NCBI GenBank assembly: GCA_963757355.1
Contig: CAVWRG010000003.1
Span: 2,818,165-2,882,164, forward strand
Direction: 5' to 3'
Origin: an uncultured Acidobacteriota bacterium
Lineage (GTDB): Bacteria > Acidobacteriota > Vicinamibacteria > Vicinamibacterales > CAVVIG01
DNA length: 64,000 nt
Shown one piece after another: positions 29,890 through 38,063 of the stretch; position 1 is the first letter of the stretch; each line of letters begins with the position of its first letter. The notes beneath the pieces were generated by a model. It was not told the DNA's origin. It worked only from the letters and a program-made list of their open reading frames with translations, and made no database searches. Both the position numbers and the translations under genes were made by a program.

Positions 29890-32316
29890 TCACTCAATCC
29901 GCAGCGCCGACAACGGATCGAGGCGCGCCGCGCGTGCGGCGGGCACGCTGCACGCCAAGAGCGCCGCACCGAGAAGCACAAGGGCGACGACGGTGATCGT
30001 CAGCGGATCCGACGGGCTGACGGAGAAGAGCAGCGCGCGCAGCAGCCGGCCGGAAGGAATCGCTGCGACGAGGCCCGCGATGAGTCCCGCCGCCACTGGC
30101 GTCAGTCCCTCGCGCGCGACGAGGCGCCACACGTCGGCGCGGCTCGCGCCGAGCGCCATGCGGATGCCGATCTCCTGCGTGCGCCGCGCGATGGACTGCG
30201 ACACCACACCGTACACACCGACGGCCGAGAGAAACAGCGCCGCGATCCCGAAGAAGATCACGATCTCGAGCTGAAACCGCCGGGCGGCCACCGACGCATC
30301 GAGAATCTCGCCGCCTGTCGAGACGCGGGGCAACGGATCGCCGGGCCGCATCGCGTGGACGGCCGCCTGGACCGCCGTCGCGACCGAGCGAGGATCGCCG
30401 GCCGCGCGCACGGCAAGTCCAACCGGCGATCGGAAGCGCTGCCAGTACGGCACGTAGACGGTGAGGTTTGGTGTCTTTTGCAGACTGACGCGCACGTCAC
30501 CCACGATGCCGACGACCTCGATGGAGGGCTCGGAGTCCGCGCCGAGTTTGAACGACTGGCCGACAGGATCCGTTCCGGGCCACAGGCGTCGAGCCGTGCT
30601 GGCGGACACGACCGCGACGGGATGATCGCCGTCGCTGTCCTGAATCAGCCGGCCGGCAACGAGCGGAATGCCAATCGCTGAAAAGTAGCCGGGCGTGACG
30701 CACCGATAATCGGTCGTCGGCCACTCGTTCGCGCCGAGCGCGACGCCGTCGATATGGATTCCAAGATTGCTGCCTTCGCCCGACAGTGGCAGCCGGTTTG
30801 CGACGCCGGCGGCCGTGACGCCGGGCAGCGCCTCGACTCGTGCAAGCAACGCACGGACGAACGCCACGCCGGCGTCAGCCTTTCCGGATACCGTCACGTT
30901 CGTGGTGAGCACATGATCGGCGGCGAAGCCGGCATCGACGTGCGTCAGCCGGACGAAGCTCACCAGAAGCAGGCCTGTGATCGCGAGCGCGACCGTGCAC
31001 AATGCGGCCTCTGCGCCAATGAGCACGCGGCGAAACACTCCGCGTCCGTCACCGGTCAGCGCGCGGCCGGCCGACGCGAGCGCGAGCTGCGGATCGGACG
31101 TGGCCGATCGCCAGGCGGGAACGGCGCCCGTGACCAGCGCGACCATCAACGTCAGCGCCGCTGCGGCTGCCCACGCCGGCAGGTCCATGCCGATGGGGCG
31201 GAGCTGCGGCAGGCTCAGCGCGCGGCTCGCAAGCACCGCGCGAAGCGACCAATCGGCAAACAGCAAGCCGACGACGCTTGCGGCCGCCGCAATCGTCACC
31301 GTTTCCGTCAACGCCTGCTGCACCAGTCGGCCGCGGCTCGCGCCGATCGCCGCCCGGATCGAGAATTCGCGCCGCCGGCCGAGCGCCCGCACCAGCAACA
31401 GGTTCGACACGTTCACGCAGACGATCAGCATCACGATGGCGCACGCCGTCAGCAGGACGACGATGCTTGTGTGGACCTGCGAGGCGGCCTGCGCCTGCAG
31501 CGGCCTGATGATGATGTGCAGCTCCGCGTCGGCGCCGGCGGACCTGGCGATGTCGCGCTCGATCGTTTCGAGATCGTCGTGCGTCTGAGCGAGCGTGACC
31601 GCGGGCTTGATGCGTCCGATGCAGGCGTAGTTGAACTCGGCCATGCGCGTGAGGTCTGGCTCGCGCACGACGAAGGGAAACCAGACATCTGCAGGCAGGT
31701 CGCCGGACAGCATCGCGGTAAGATGACTCGCGCGCGGCACGGCCACGCCCTCCGGCAGCACGCCGATCACTTCGTATGACACGCCGCTGAGGGACAGCGT
31801 GCGTCCGACGACGCCCGGATCGGAACCAAATTCACGAACCCACAGGCCGTGGCTCAGGATGGCGACGTGCTCGTGTCCAGGCTGCTCGTCGTCCTCCACG
31901 AACCCACGTCCAAGCGCCGGCCGGATGCCGAGAAGGGAGAAGAAATTGGCCGATACCAACTGTGCTGTGAACCGTTTCGGAGGTCCAGACGGTGACGACA
32001 GCACGACGCTGCTTCCGGCGACGAGCGCGACGCCATCGAGCGTTCGGCTCCGCAGCCGCCACTGTCGAAAGTCGTACGCGTTGACGGGCAGCTCGGGAGA
32101 GATGCTCGAGAATCGCGGCACCTGCTCCTGGATGGCGACCAACTGGTTGGCGTCGGCGTATGGCAGCGGCCGCAGCAGCACGTCGTTCACGGCCGCGAGC
32201 ATCGCCGTGCTGGTGCCGATGCCGAGCGCGAGCGACAAAACGGCCAGCACGCCGAAACCGGGCTGTCGCAGAAGTGACCGGCAGGTCAGCCGGATGTCCC
32301 AGAGCACTGGACGCAT
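29890..32316 (-). CDS. ADOP duplicated ABC permease
   Basis: LRQPGF, LLRPLPY, CVNVSNLLL, PAARAARLDPLSALRIE. Confidence 0.95.
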   Translation of the reverse strand: MRPVLWDIRLTCRSLLRQPGFGVLAVLSLALGIGTSTAMLAAVNDVLLRPLPYADANQLVAIQEQVPRFSSISPELPVNAYDFRQWRLRSRTLDGVALVAGSSVVLSSPSGPPKRFTAQLVSANFFSLLGIRPALGRGFVEDDEQPGHEHVAILSHGLWVREFGSDPGVVGRTLSLSGVSYEVIGVLPEGVAVPRASHLTAMLSGDLPADVWFPFVVREPDLTRMAEFNYACIGRIKPAVTLAQTHDDLETIERDIARSAGADAELHIIIRPLQAQAASQVHTSIVVLLTACAIVMLIVCVNVSNLLLVRALGRRREFSIRAAIGASRGRLVQQALTETVTIAAAASVVGLLFADWSLRAVLASRALSLPQLRPIGMDLPAWAAAAALTLMVALVTGAVPAWRSATSDPQLALASAGRALTGDGRGVFRRVLIGAEAALCTVALAITGLLLVSFVRLTHVDAGFAADHVLTTNVTVSGKADAGVAFVRALLARVEALPGVTAAGVANRLPLSGEGSNLGIHIDGVALGANEWPTTDYRCVTPGYFSAIGIPLVAGRLIQDSDGDHPVAVVSASTARRLWPGTDPVGQSFKLGADSEPSIEVVGIVGDVRVSLQKTPNLTVYVPYWQRFRSPVGLAVRAAGDPRSVATAVQAAVHAMRPGDPLPRVSTGGEILDASVAARRFQLEIVIFFGIAALFLSAVGVYGVVSQSIARRTQEIGIRMALGASRADVWRLVAREGLTPVAAGLIAGLVAAIPSGRLLRALLFSVSPSDPLTITVVALVLLGAALLACSVPAARAARLDPLSALRIE

Positions 32317-32424
32317 GATGTCTCTCCTCCACCTCGCCTGGGCCCGCCCATCGATCTGCAAGCATTCAGATTGCTACGGACGGTCGAGGCGAGCTCTCTG
32401 ACATCGGTCGGAGTATCCGTAATA

Positions 32425-32447
32425 CTCGGGTAATATGTCAACCTGAG
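32425..32447 (+). promoter_or_regulatory. PadR1-type operator copy (reads MST*)
   Basis: CTCGGGTAATATGTCAACCTGAG, overlapped by AATACT; lies between the divergent ADOP and oxidoreductase genes. Confidence 0.75.
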
Positions 32448-32510
32448 TCGCGCGTTTCACCTTATACTTGGCGGCAACCTGCACGGACTTCATCCCGTCT
32501 AAGCCGATCA

Positions 32511-33953
32511 ATGTCGATCACTCGACGTACCTTTCTCGCCGGCGCGGGCCTCGTGTCGCTTCGAACAGCACGATACGGAGATCCGCTCGCCAAATTCAGG
32601 AAATCGTTCAAGGGCTCGATCGTGGTCCGCGGTGATGCCGACTACGATCGCATCCGTGCGGTTGCCAGCGTCAACCCTTCCACCGACAAGCGCCCGCGTC
32701 TGATCGCTCGCTGCTCGAATGCCGACGATGTCGCCCGTGCGATAGAGTTTGGCCGGGCGCAAGCGCTGGAGATCGCGGTGCGCGCTGGTGGACACGACGT
32801 GCTGGGCGCGTCCGTCTGCGAGGACGGGATTGTCATCGACGTATCGCGGATGAAAGCCATCGCGATTGATGCCGCACACCGCACGGCGCGCGTCGAGTCG
32901 GGCGTCCGTTCGAGTGAGTTGAACGCGGCGACGAGTCCCTACGGTCTTGCGGCCGTCCTCGGATGCAACCCTGCGGTCGGCGTGGCAGGAGTCACGCTCG
33001 GCGGCGGGCTGGGGTGGTTTCTCGGACGATTCGGCGCAGCCTGCGACAATCTCATCGCGGCGGACGTCGTCGATGCGCACGGCACATATCGGCGCGCGAA
33101 CGCCGACGCATACGCCGATCTCTTCTGGGCACTGCGCGGCGGCGGCGGCAACTTCGGCATCGTCACGGCCTTCGAGTATCGCCTCCACCCGGTTGATCGC
33201 GTGCTGGGAGGCCTGATCGCGTTTCGTACGGACATTGCGCCGTTTCTGCGCTTCTACCGCGACTTCATGAAAGCGGCGCCGGACGCTCTTGCCGTCGAGG
33301 CGAGCATCGTGATACTCGAACGGCCAACCGTGTTCTGCACCGTCTGCTGGAGCGGCGATTCCGCCGACGGCGAACGCGCGATCCGTCCGCTGCGCGAGTT
33401 CGGTCCACCGGTGGCCGACGCCATCGGCCTGACACCGTACGCGCATTTAACTGATCGGCCGGGTCCGGAGTTTTCGGCTCGCGTGTTCGGACCGCCCCCC
33501 ACAACCGCGCCGCCGGCCGGCCAGGTATACGACTACTGGCGAGGCGGCTCACTTCCCGAACTCTCGGACGGGGCGATCGATCAGATGGACGTCGCGATTC
33601 AAGCGGCATCGAGAGGCATGTCGATGGGGCTCGGGCACTACATGCATGGTCAGATTTGCCAGGTGCCGCCCGCTGCCACGCCGCTGCCACGTACGCCCGG
33701 ACAGTTCACATATTTCTTCGACGCCAACTGGCGTAACTCCGCGCGCGCGGACCTGGCGATGGGGTGGGTGAACGACGCGATGGCGGCGATGCGGCCGTGG
33801 TCGAAGGCCGGCGCCTACGTCAACTACTTGTCCAGCGATAACGACGAAGCCGTGCGCGGCGCCTACGGCGCCAACTACTCGAGGCTCGTCGCGCTGAAGC
33901 GAAAGTACGATCCCTCGAATGCCTTTCACGGTAACCGAAATATCCGGCCCTAG
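32511..33953 (+). CDS. Tat-exported FAD-binding oxidoreductase (berberine-bridge/VAO family)
   Basis: TRRTFL Tat motif; VRAGGH; LFWALRGGGGNFGIVT; AYVNY; LKRKYDPSN. Confidence 0.93.
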   Translation: MSITRRTFLAGAGLVSLRTARYGDPLAKFRKSFKGSIVVRGDADYDRIRAVASVNPSTDKRPRLIARCSNADDVARAIEFGRAQALEIAVRAGGHDVLGASVCEDGIVIDVSRMKAIAIDAAHRTARVESGVRSSELNAATSPYGLAAVLGCNPAVGVAGVTLGGGLGWFLGRFGAACDNLIAADVVDAHGTYRRANADAYADLFWALRGGGGNFGIVTAFEYRLHPVDRVLGGLIAFRTDIAPFLRFYRDFMKAAPDALAVEASIVILERPTVFCTVCWSGDSADGERAIRPLREFGPPVADAIGLTPYAHLTDRPGPEFSARVFGPPPTTAPPAGQVYDYWRGGSLPELSDGAIDQMDVAIQAASRGMSMGLGHYMHGQICQVPPAATPLPRTPGQFTYFFDANWRNSARADLAMGWVNDAMAAMRPWSKAGAYVNYLSSDNDEAVRGAYGANYSRLVALKRKYDPSNAFHGNRNIRP

Positions 33954-34162
33954 CTCTTCTTGCCGCTCGCTGGAATTCCCAGCCACGCGCCCTGGTTCGT
34001 GCCCTCCATCAGCAGTTGCATCACCACTCGATCGCCTTCACTCAACACCCGTTCGATGCTGAAGGGGAGATCGGGGGAGCTGGCGATCCCGCCCGCAACA
34101 TGCTCCTTGATCGCCTGAGGGCCGCGCGTCGCTGCATCAGCTGGCGCGGCTGTTTGGGTCAT
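33950..34162 (-). pseudogene. SnoaL-like ester cyclase fragment
   Basis: PDLPFSIERVLSEGDRVV...GTNQGAWLGIPASGK; internally deleted and truncated. Confidence 0.7.
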
Positions 34163-34232
34163 CCATCGCGCTCACTCGATATCGCCATTCAGTCTCTAAG
34201 CGACGGCACGTGCGTTCATCTTCATCTCCTGC

Positions 34233-35615
34233 TCAGGGCTTCTTTCGGGCAGGTATCTCAGCCAAGTCATTCCTTACGACCTGACCGTTTTTCATCACGA
34301 ATCGGACGCGCTCGAGTTCGCTGACGTCGGCGATCGGATCGCCAGACACGGCCACGAGATCGGCGAACGTGCCGGGCTCGATGGCGCCCACGCGATCCGG
34401 CCAACCCAACATGTCCGCGGCGCTGGTCGTGATCGCGCGAATGATATCGAGCGGCGGCATCCCGGCGTCGCGCAGATTCACGAACGTAGCGGCGCTGGCT
34501 TGCCCGCGCGTCTTGCCCGGATAGAGCCAGCACATGTCAGATCCCGCCGCAAACTTTACGCCCGACTTCAAGACCCGTCGTACCAGGTCGGCGTATCGTT
34601 GTTGGGTGCGAGCCGCCGAGTCGGTGTTCGACGCGCGAAAGGACGGGGACATCACGATGCTGGGCTCCATGATCGTGATGAGGAAGCGGTTGTAGAAGGT
34701 CGGCGTCAGATCCAGAAACATCCCCCTGTCGCGCATCTGCTCGAGCTGCTCGTCGGTCACCTGGTTGCCGTGCTCGATGGAATCGACGCCGGAGTCGATA
34801 GCCGTTTGGATGCTCGCCGTATCGGCCGCATGAACGGCCACCCTGAGATGTTGGCGATGTGCGGTCTCGACAACCGCCGTCAGTGCGGCGACGGAGAAGT
34901 CTTCGCCGACCGTCACCTTGATGAGATCGACGTTGTAAAAGACGTTCTGTTGCACCGCTCGTCGCGCCAGGTCGGGGCTGTCAACCGGAAGGAATTCCTG
35001 CTCGACGATCGCCTGCGAAAGAGCCGGATTGAGGCTTTGGACATATGAGCCCAGCGCAATCAGCTTGCGCGCCGACGCCAGGACTCGCGGACCCGGCACG
35101 CGGCCGGCATTGATGGCGTCGCGCAGTGCCGTGTCGCCGTCGATACCAGAGTGGCCGAGATTCCGGACCGTCGTAAAGCCGCTCTCCAGGTCTTCGCGCG
35201 CCAGTTGCGCCCCCAGTAGCACCCGCTTCGAGGGAGATTCGGCGACGGCCAACAGGAGGCTGGGAGCAAACATGCCATTGCCCCGGCGCCCGATCTCGGC
35301 TTCCGGCGGGACGACCACGTCGAGCAGCAAGTGGGTATGGCTGTCGATCAGTCCGGGGAGGAGAGTGGCGTTTCCGAGGTCGACGATCGTCGCGCCGGCC
35401 GGTACGTGCGGCTGCACCTCCGAAGGGGAGCCGACTTCTTTGATCGTGCCATTCTCAATTCGCACTGCGGCGGGCGAGAGTACCGAGCCGGTCTTCGGCG
35501 CCAGCAGCCGGGCTGCTTTGACGAGAGTGACGGAACCAGGCGATTGGGCCACCATTCTCCCAACTGATGACAGTGCGAGGGACGACACCGCCAAAACGAC
35601 AACCAGTTTGTGCAT
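34233..35615 (-). CDS. Amidohydrolase family protein (secreted)
   Basis: LLPGLIDSHTH, AVHA, SIEHG, AAGSD, GAIEPGTFADLVAV. Confidence 0.93.
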   Translation of the reverse strand: MHKLVVVLAVSSLALSSVGRMVAQSPGSVTLVKAARLLAPKTGSVLSPAAVRIENGTIKEVGSPSEVQPHVPAGATIVDLGNATLLPGLIDSHTHLLLDVVVPPEAEIGRRGNGMFAPSLLLAVAESPSKRVLLGAQLAREDLESGFTTVRNLGHSGIDGDTALRDAINAGRVPGPRVLASARKLIALGSYVQSLNPALSQAIVEQEFLPVDSPDLARRAVQQNVFYNVDLIKVTVGEDFSVAALTAVVETAHRQHLRVAVHAADTASIQTAIDSGVDSIEHGNQVTDEQLEQMRDRGMFLDLTPTFYNRFLITIMEPSIVMSPSFRASNTDSAARTQQRYADLVRRVLKSGVKFAAGSDMCWLYPGKTRGQASAATFVNLRDAGMPPLDIIRAITTSAADMLGWPDRVGAIEPGTFADLVAVSGDPIADVSELERVRFVMKNGQVVRNDLAEIPARKKP

Positions 35616-35624
35616 CGCGCTCTC

Positions 35625-35681
35625 CACAGATAGACGCCTGACCCAAGGCTACGCCATGCTCAGGTAATATGTCTACCCGAC
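35625..35681 (+). promoter_or_regulatory. PadR1-type dual operator module
   Basis: Inverted weak site ending ...GACGCCTGACCCAAG (35647), 11-bp gap, CTCAGGTAATATGTCTACCCGAC (35659-35681). Confidence 0.75.
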
Positions 35682-36095
35682 AGCTATCGAGCCGTCGACA
35701 GACTTCACGGAGTCGATCGCGTCTCGGCCGACTCCGCCGGCCAACAGTGCGATCTCGAAAACTCACACGCGTCGAGCAAGAACGGATTCTCGAAGACATC
35801 GAGGCGACGAGCTTTGACACGCCGGATTCCTGGTTGGATGAACTGCGCGTGAGGCGCGTCTCGTTGGGCGACGCCGACGGCCTGGTGATCAGGGCAACGC
35901 GACTCCTCTGTGGAGCGACCGGAAACTGCGAGACGTGGGTGTTTCGACACGCGGCGGGCAAATGAGTCAACGCTCTCGACGGTGAGGCCCCCGTCGCGTC
36001 AAGCATCGGTTGTGTTCGACAGACCGCCGGAACCAAAGACCTGGTCATCACGGCGAACCAGTCCGCGTCAGCCGAAAGGTGGACGCAGTACTTTG
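35669..36095 (+). pseudogene. Hypothetical gene with internal stop, next to the IS insertion
   Basis: LCGATGNCETWVFRHAAGK*VNALDGEAP...KDLVITANQSA; TGA at 35963 probably from TGG. Confidence 0.55.
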
Positions 36096-36147
36096 AGATC
36101 ATCAGTTCGCTGTGGTGCTGTTCCCAAGATCCATATCGCGCCATTCG

Positions 36148-37636
36148 TGTTGTGACTCGCTGATAGTGTCCCCTCGCGGACTCGTTGGAAATGTCCCCCT
36201 AAGCTTACGACCTCCGAGGAGGTCGTGGATTGGGACGGACAGCGATGAGCACGAGGGAGCTGCAGCGCGCGGGCGTGTTGGCGCGGGTGGTGGCGGGGAC
36301 GTTGGGGCTGGGTTCGGCGGCGGCGTTGATGGACGTGAGCTATCGCCAGGCGAAGCGGTTGGCTCGGCGGTACCGGCGTGAGGGGGCCGCGGGGCTGAAA
36401 CATCAGAGCGCTGGACGCGTGTCGACGCACGCGATGGCGGCGACGATGCGGGCGCGGGTGCTGGCGCTCGTCCGCGAAAAATACAGCGGCGGGGTGGACG
36501 TGCGGTTTGGGCCGACGCTGGCGGCCGAGCATCTGGCGAGTGAAGACGGCCTGACCGTCGACCACGAGACGCTGCGGCGGTGGATGCTGACGGCGGGGCT
36601 GTGGAGTCGCGCGCGGAAACGCAGCCTGCATCGCCGGCGCCGCGAGCGCAAGGCGCACTTCGGCGAGCTGGTCCAGATGGATGGCAGCTTTCACCCGTGG
36701 TTCGAAGGTCGCGGGCCGCAGAGCTGTTTGCTGACGCTGGTCGACGATGCCACCGGCCGGACCCTGGGACGCTTCGGCGCGCAGGAAACGATCTGGGCGG
36801 CGGTCGGCGTGCTCCGCGCCTGGATCGAACGCTATGGGCTGCCGCACGCGCTGTACACCGACTGGAAGAATGTGTATGTGCGCCCGCCGAATGCGGCCGA
36901 GCGTGTCACGGGCGCCGAGCCGTTGACGCAATTCGGGCGGATGTGTGCGACGTTGGGGATCCAGATCATCCCCGCGAGTTCGCCCCAAGCCAAAGGGCGG
37001 ATCGAACGGAATCACGGCACGCAACAAGATCGTCTGGTGAAAAAACTCCGCCGCCGCGGCATCGCCGACGTCGCGACCGCGAATGCGTTTCTCGAGGCGG
37101 CATATTGGGCCGACCACAACCGCCGCTTCGCGCAGGCGCCCGCGGCCGTAGACGATTTTCACGTGGCGCGGCCGGGCGGGCGGCAACTCGATCGCGTGTT
37201 TCGCCTCGAAGAAACGCGCACGGTCTCCAACGATTGGGTCGTGCGCTATGCCAACCGCCACCTCCAACTCGAACGGCAGACTGGCCTGGCGCCGGCGCGC
37301 AGCACGGTGATCGTGTCCGAAGACCGCGCGGGGCAGATCGAAATCCGGTATCGCGATCGCGTGATGCGGTGGACCGACGTGCCGGTGGGGGCACTGGGCC
37401 GCCCGACGGCGTCCCCCGCGACTCCGATTCCCGTCCGTCGACCCGACGCGTCGGCGCGCGGGCCGCGCGCGGGTGGCGATCACCCATGGCGCCATGCCGT
37501 CGAGGATCATCGTGTCGCGCGGCAGCTGGCGAAGGATCGCCGGCCGTGGATGGCCAGTCAGCCGTGACCGCGTCCTCGTCGAAAAGGGACATTTCTATCG
37601 AGTTAAGAGTGGGGACATTTCTAACGAGTCTTGACA
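36148..37636 (+). mobile_element. IS1202-like (ISNCY) insertion sequence
   Basis: TGT...ACA ends, each with two ACTCG.TAGAAATGTCCC-like repeats; 16-bp target duplication CATATCGCGCCATTCG (36132-36147 and 37637-37652). Confidence 0.9.
36245..37567 (+). CDS. ISNCY/IS1202-family DDE transposase
   Basis: FGELVQMDGSFH, LVDDATG, LYTD, SPQAKGRIER. Confidence 0.93.
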   Translation: MSTRELQRAGVLARVVAGTLGLGSAAALMDVSYRQAKRLARRYRREGAAGLKHQSAGRVSTHAMAATMRARVLALVREKYSGGVDVRFGPTLAAEHLASEDGLTVDHETLRRWMLTAGLWSRARKRSLHRRRRERKAHFGELVQMDGSFHPWFEGRGPQSCLLTLVDDATGRTLGRFGAQETIWAAVGVLRAWIERYGLPHALYTDWKNVYVRPPNAAERVTGAEPLTQFGRMCATLGIQIIPASSPQAKGRIERNHGTQQDRLVKKLRRRGIADVATANAFLEAAYWADHNRRFAQAPAAVDDFHVARPGGRQLDRVFRLEETRTVSNDWVVRYANRHLQLERQTGLAPARSTVIVSEDRAGQIEIRYRDRVMRWTDVPVGALGRPTASPATPIPVRRPDASARGPRAGGDHPWRHAVEDHRVARQLAKDRRPWMASQP

Positions 37637-37652
37637 CATATCGCGCCATTCG

Positions 37653-37709
37653 TTGACAGCGTCGTCACCGAATGTTACGGTTACTCCCCGGAGAATATCC
37701 GGGGAGTAA
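37653..37709 (+). promoter_or_regulatory. padR3 promoter and perfect palindromic operator
   Basis: TTGACA (37653) - 17 bp - TACGGT (37676); TTACTCCCCGGA-GAATA-TCCGGGGAGTAA (37681-37709). Confidence 0.8.
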
Positions 37710-37715
37710 GACACG

Positions 37716-38063
37716 ATGGCCAAGGCAACCGAGGAGCTGCTCCGCGGCACGCTCGACGCATTGATCTTGAAAGCGCTCACGTGGGGCCCGCGCCACGGTT
37801 ACGGGATTGCCGGCTGGATCAAAGACACGTCGGGCGAGGCTCTCGCCGTCGAGGATCGCGCCCTGTATCTCGCCCTGCACCGCCTCGAGGACCAAGGCTG
37901 GGTCGACAGCGACTGGGGCGTCTCCGAAAACAACCGGCGCGCGAAGTTCTACCGCCTGACCGCGCACGGTCGCGTGCAGCTGCGGGCCGAATCCTCTCGG
38001 CTGGCCCGATACGCCGAAGGCTTGTTCCGCGTATTGAACTCATCCGCCTGGGAGAACCGCTGA
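37716..38063 (+). CDS. PadR family transcriptional regulator, PadR3
   Basis: LLRGTLDALILK...HGYGIA...SENNRRAKFYRLT. Confidence 0.95.
   Translation: MAKATEELLRGTLDALILKALTWGPRHGYGIAGWIKDTSGEALAVEDRALYLALHRLEDQGWVDSDWGVSENNRRAKFYRLTAHGRVQLRAESSRLARYAEGLFRVLNSSAWENR

Noticed and set aside
35963..35965. TGA recoding (also in-frame TGA near 4504)
   Set aside because: Many intact genes here terminate at TGA; both cases lie in decayed genes, consistent with TGG-to-TGA mutation
36245..36256. Transposase start MSTR as another operator copy
   Set aside because: Nucleotides (ATGAGCACGAGG) do not match the operator; coincidence
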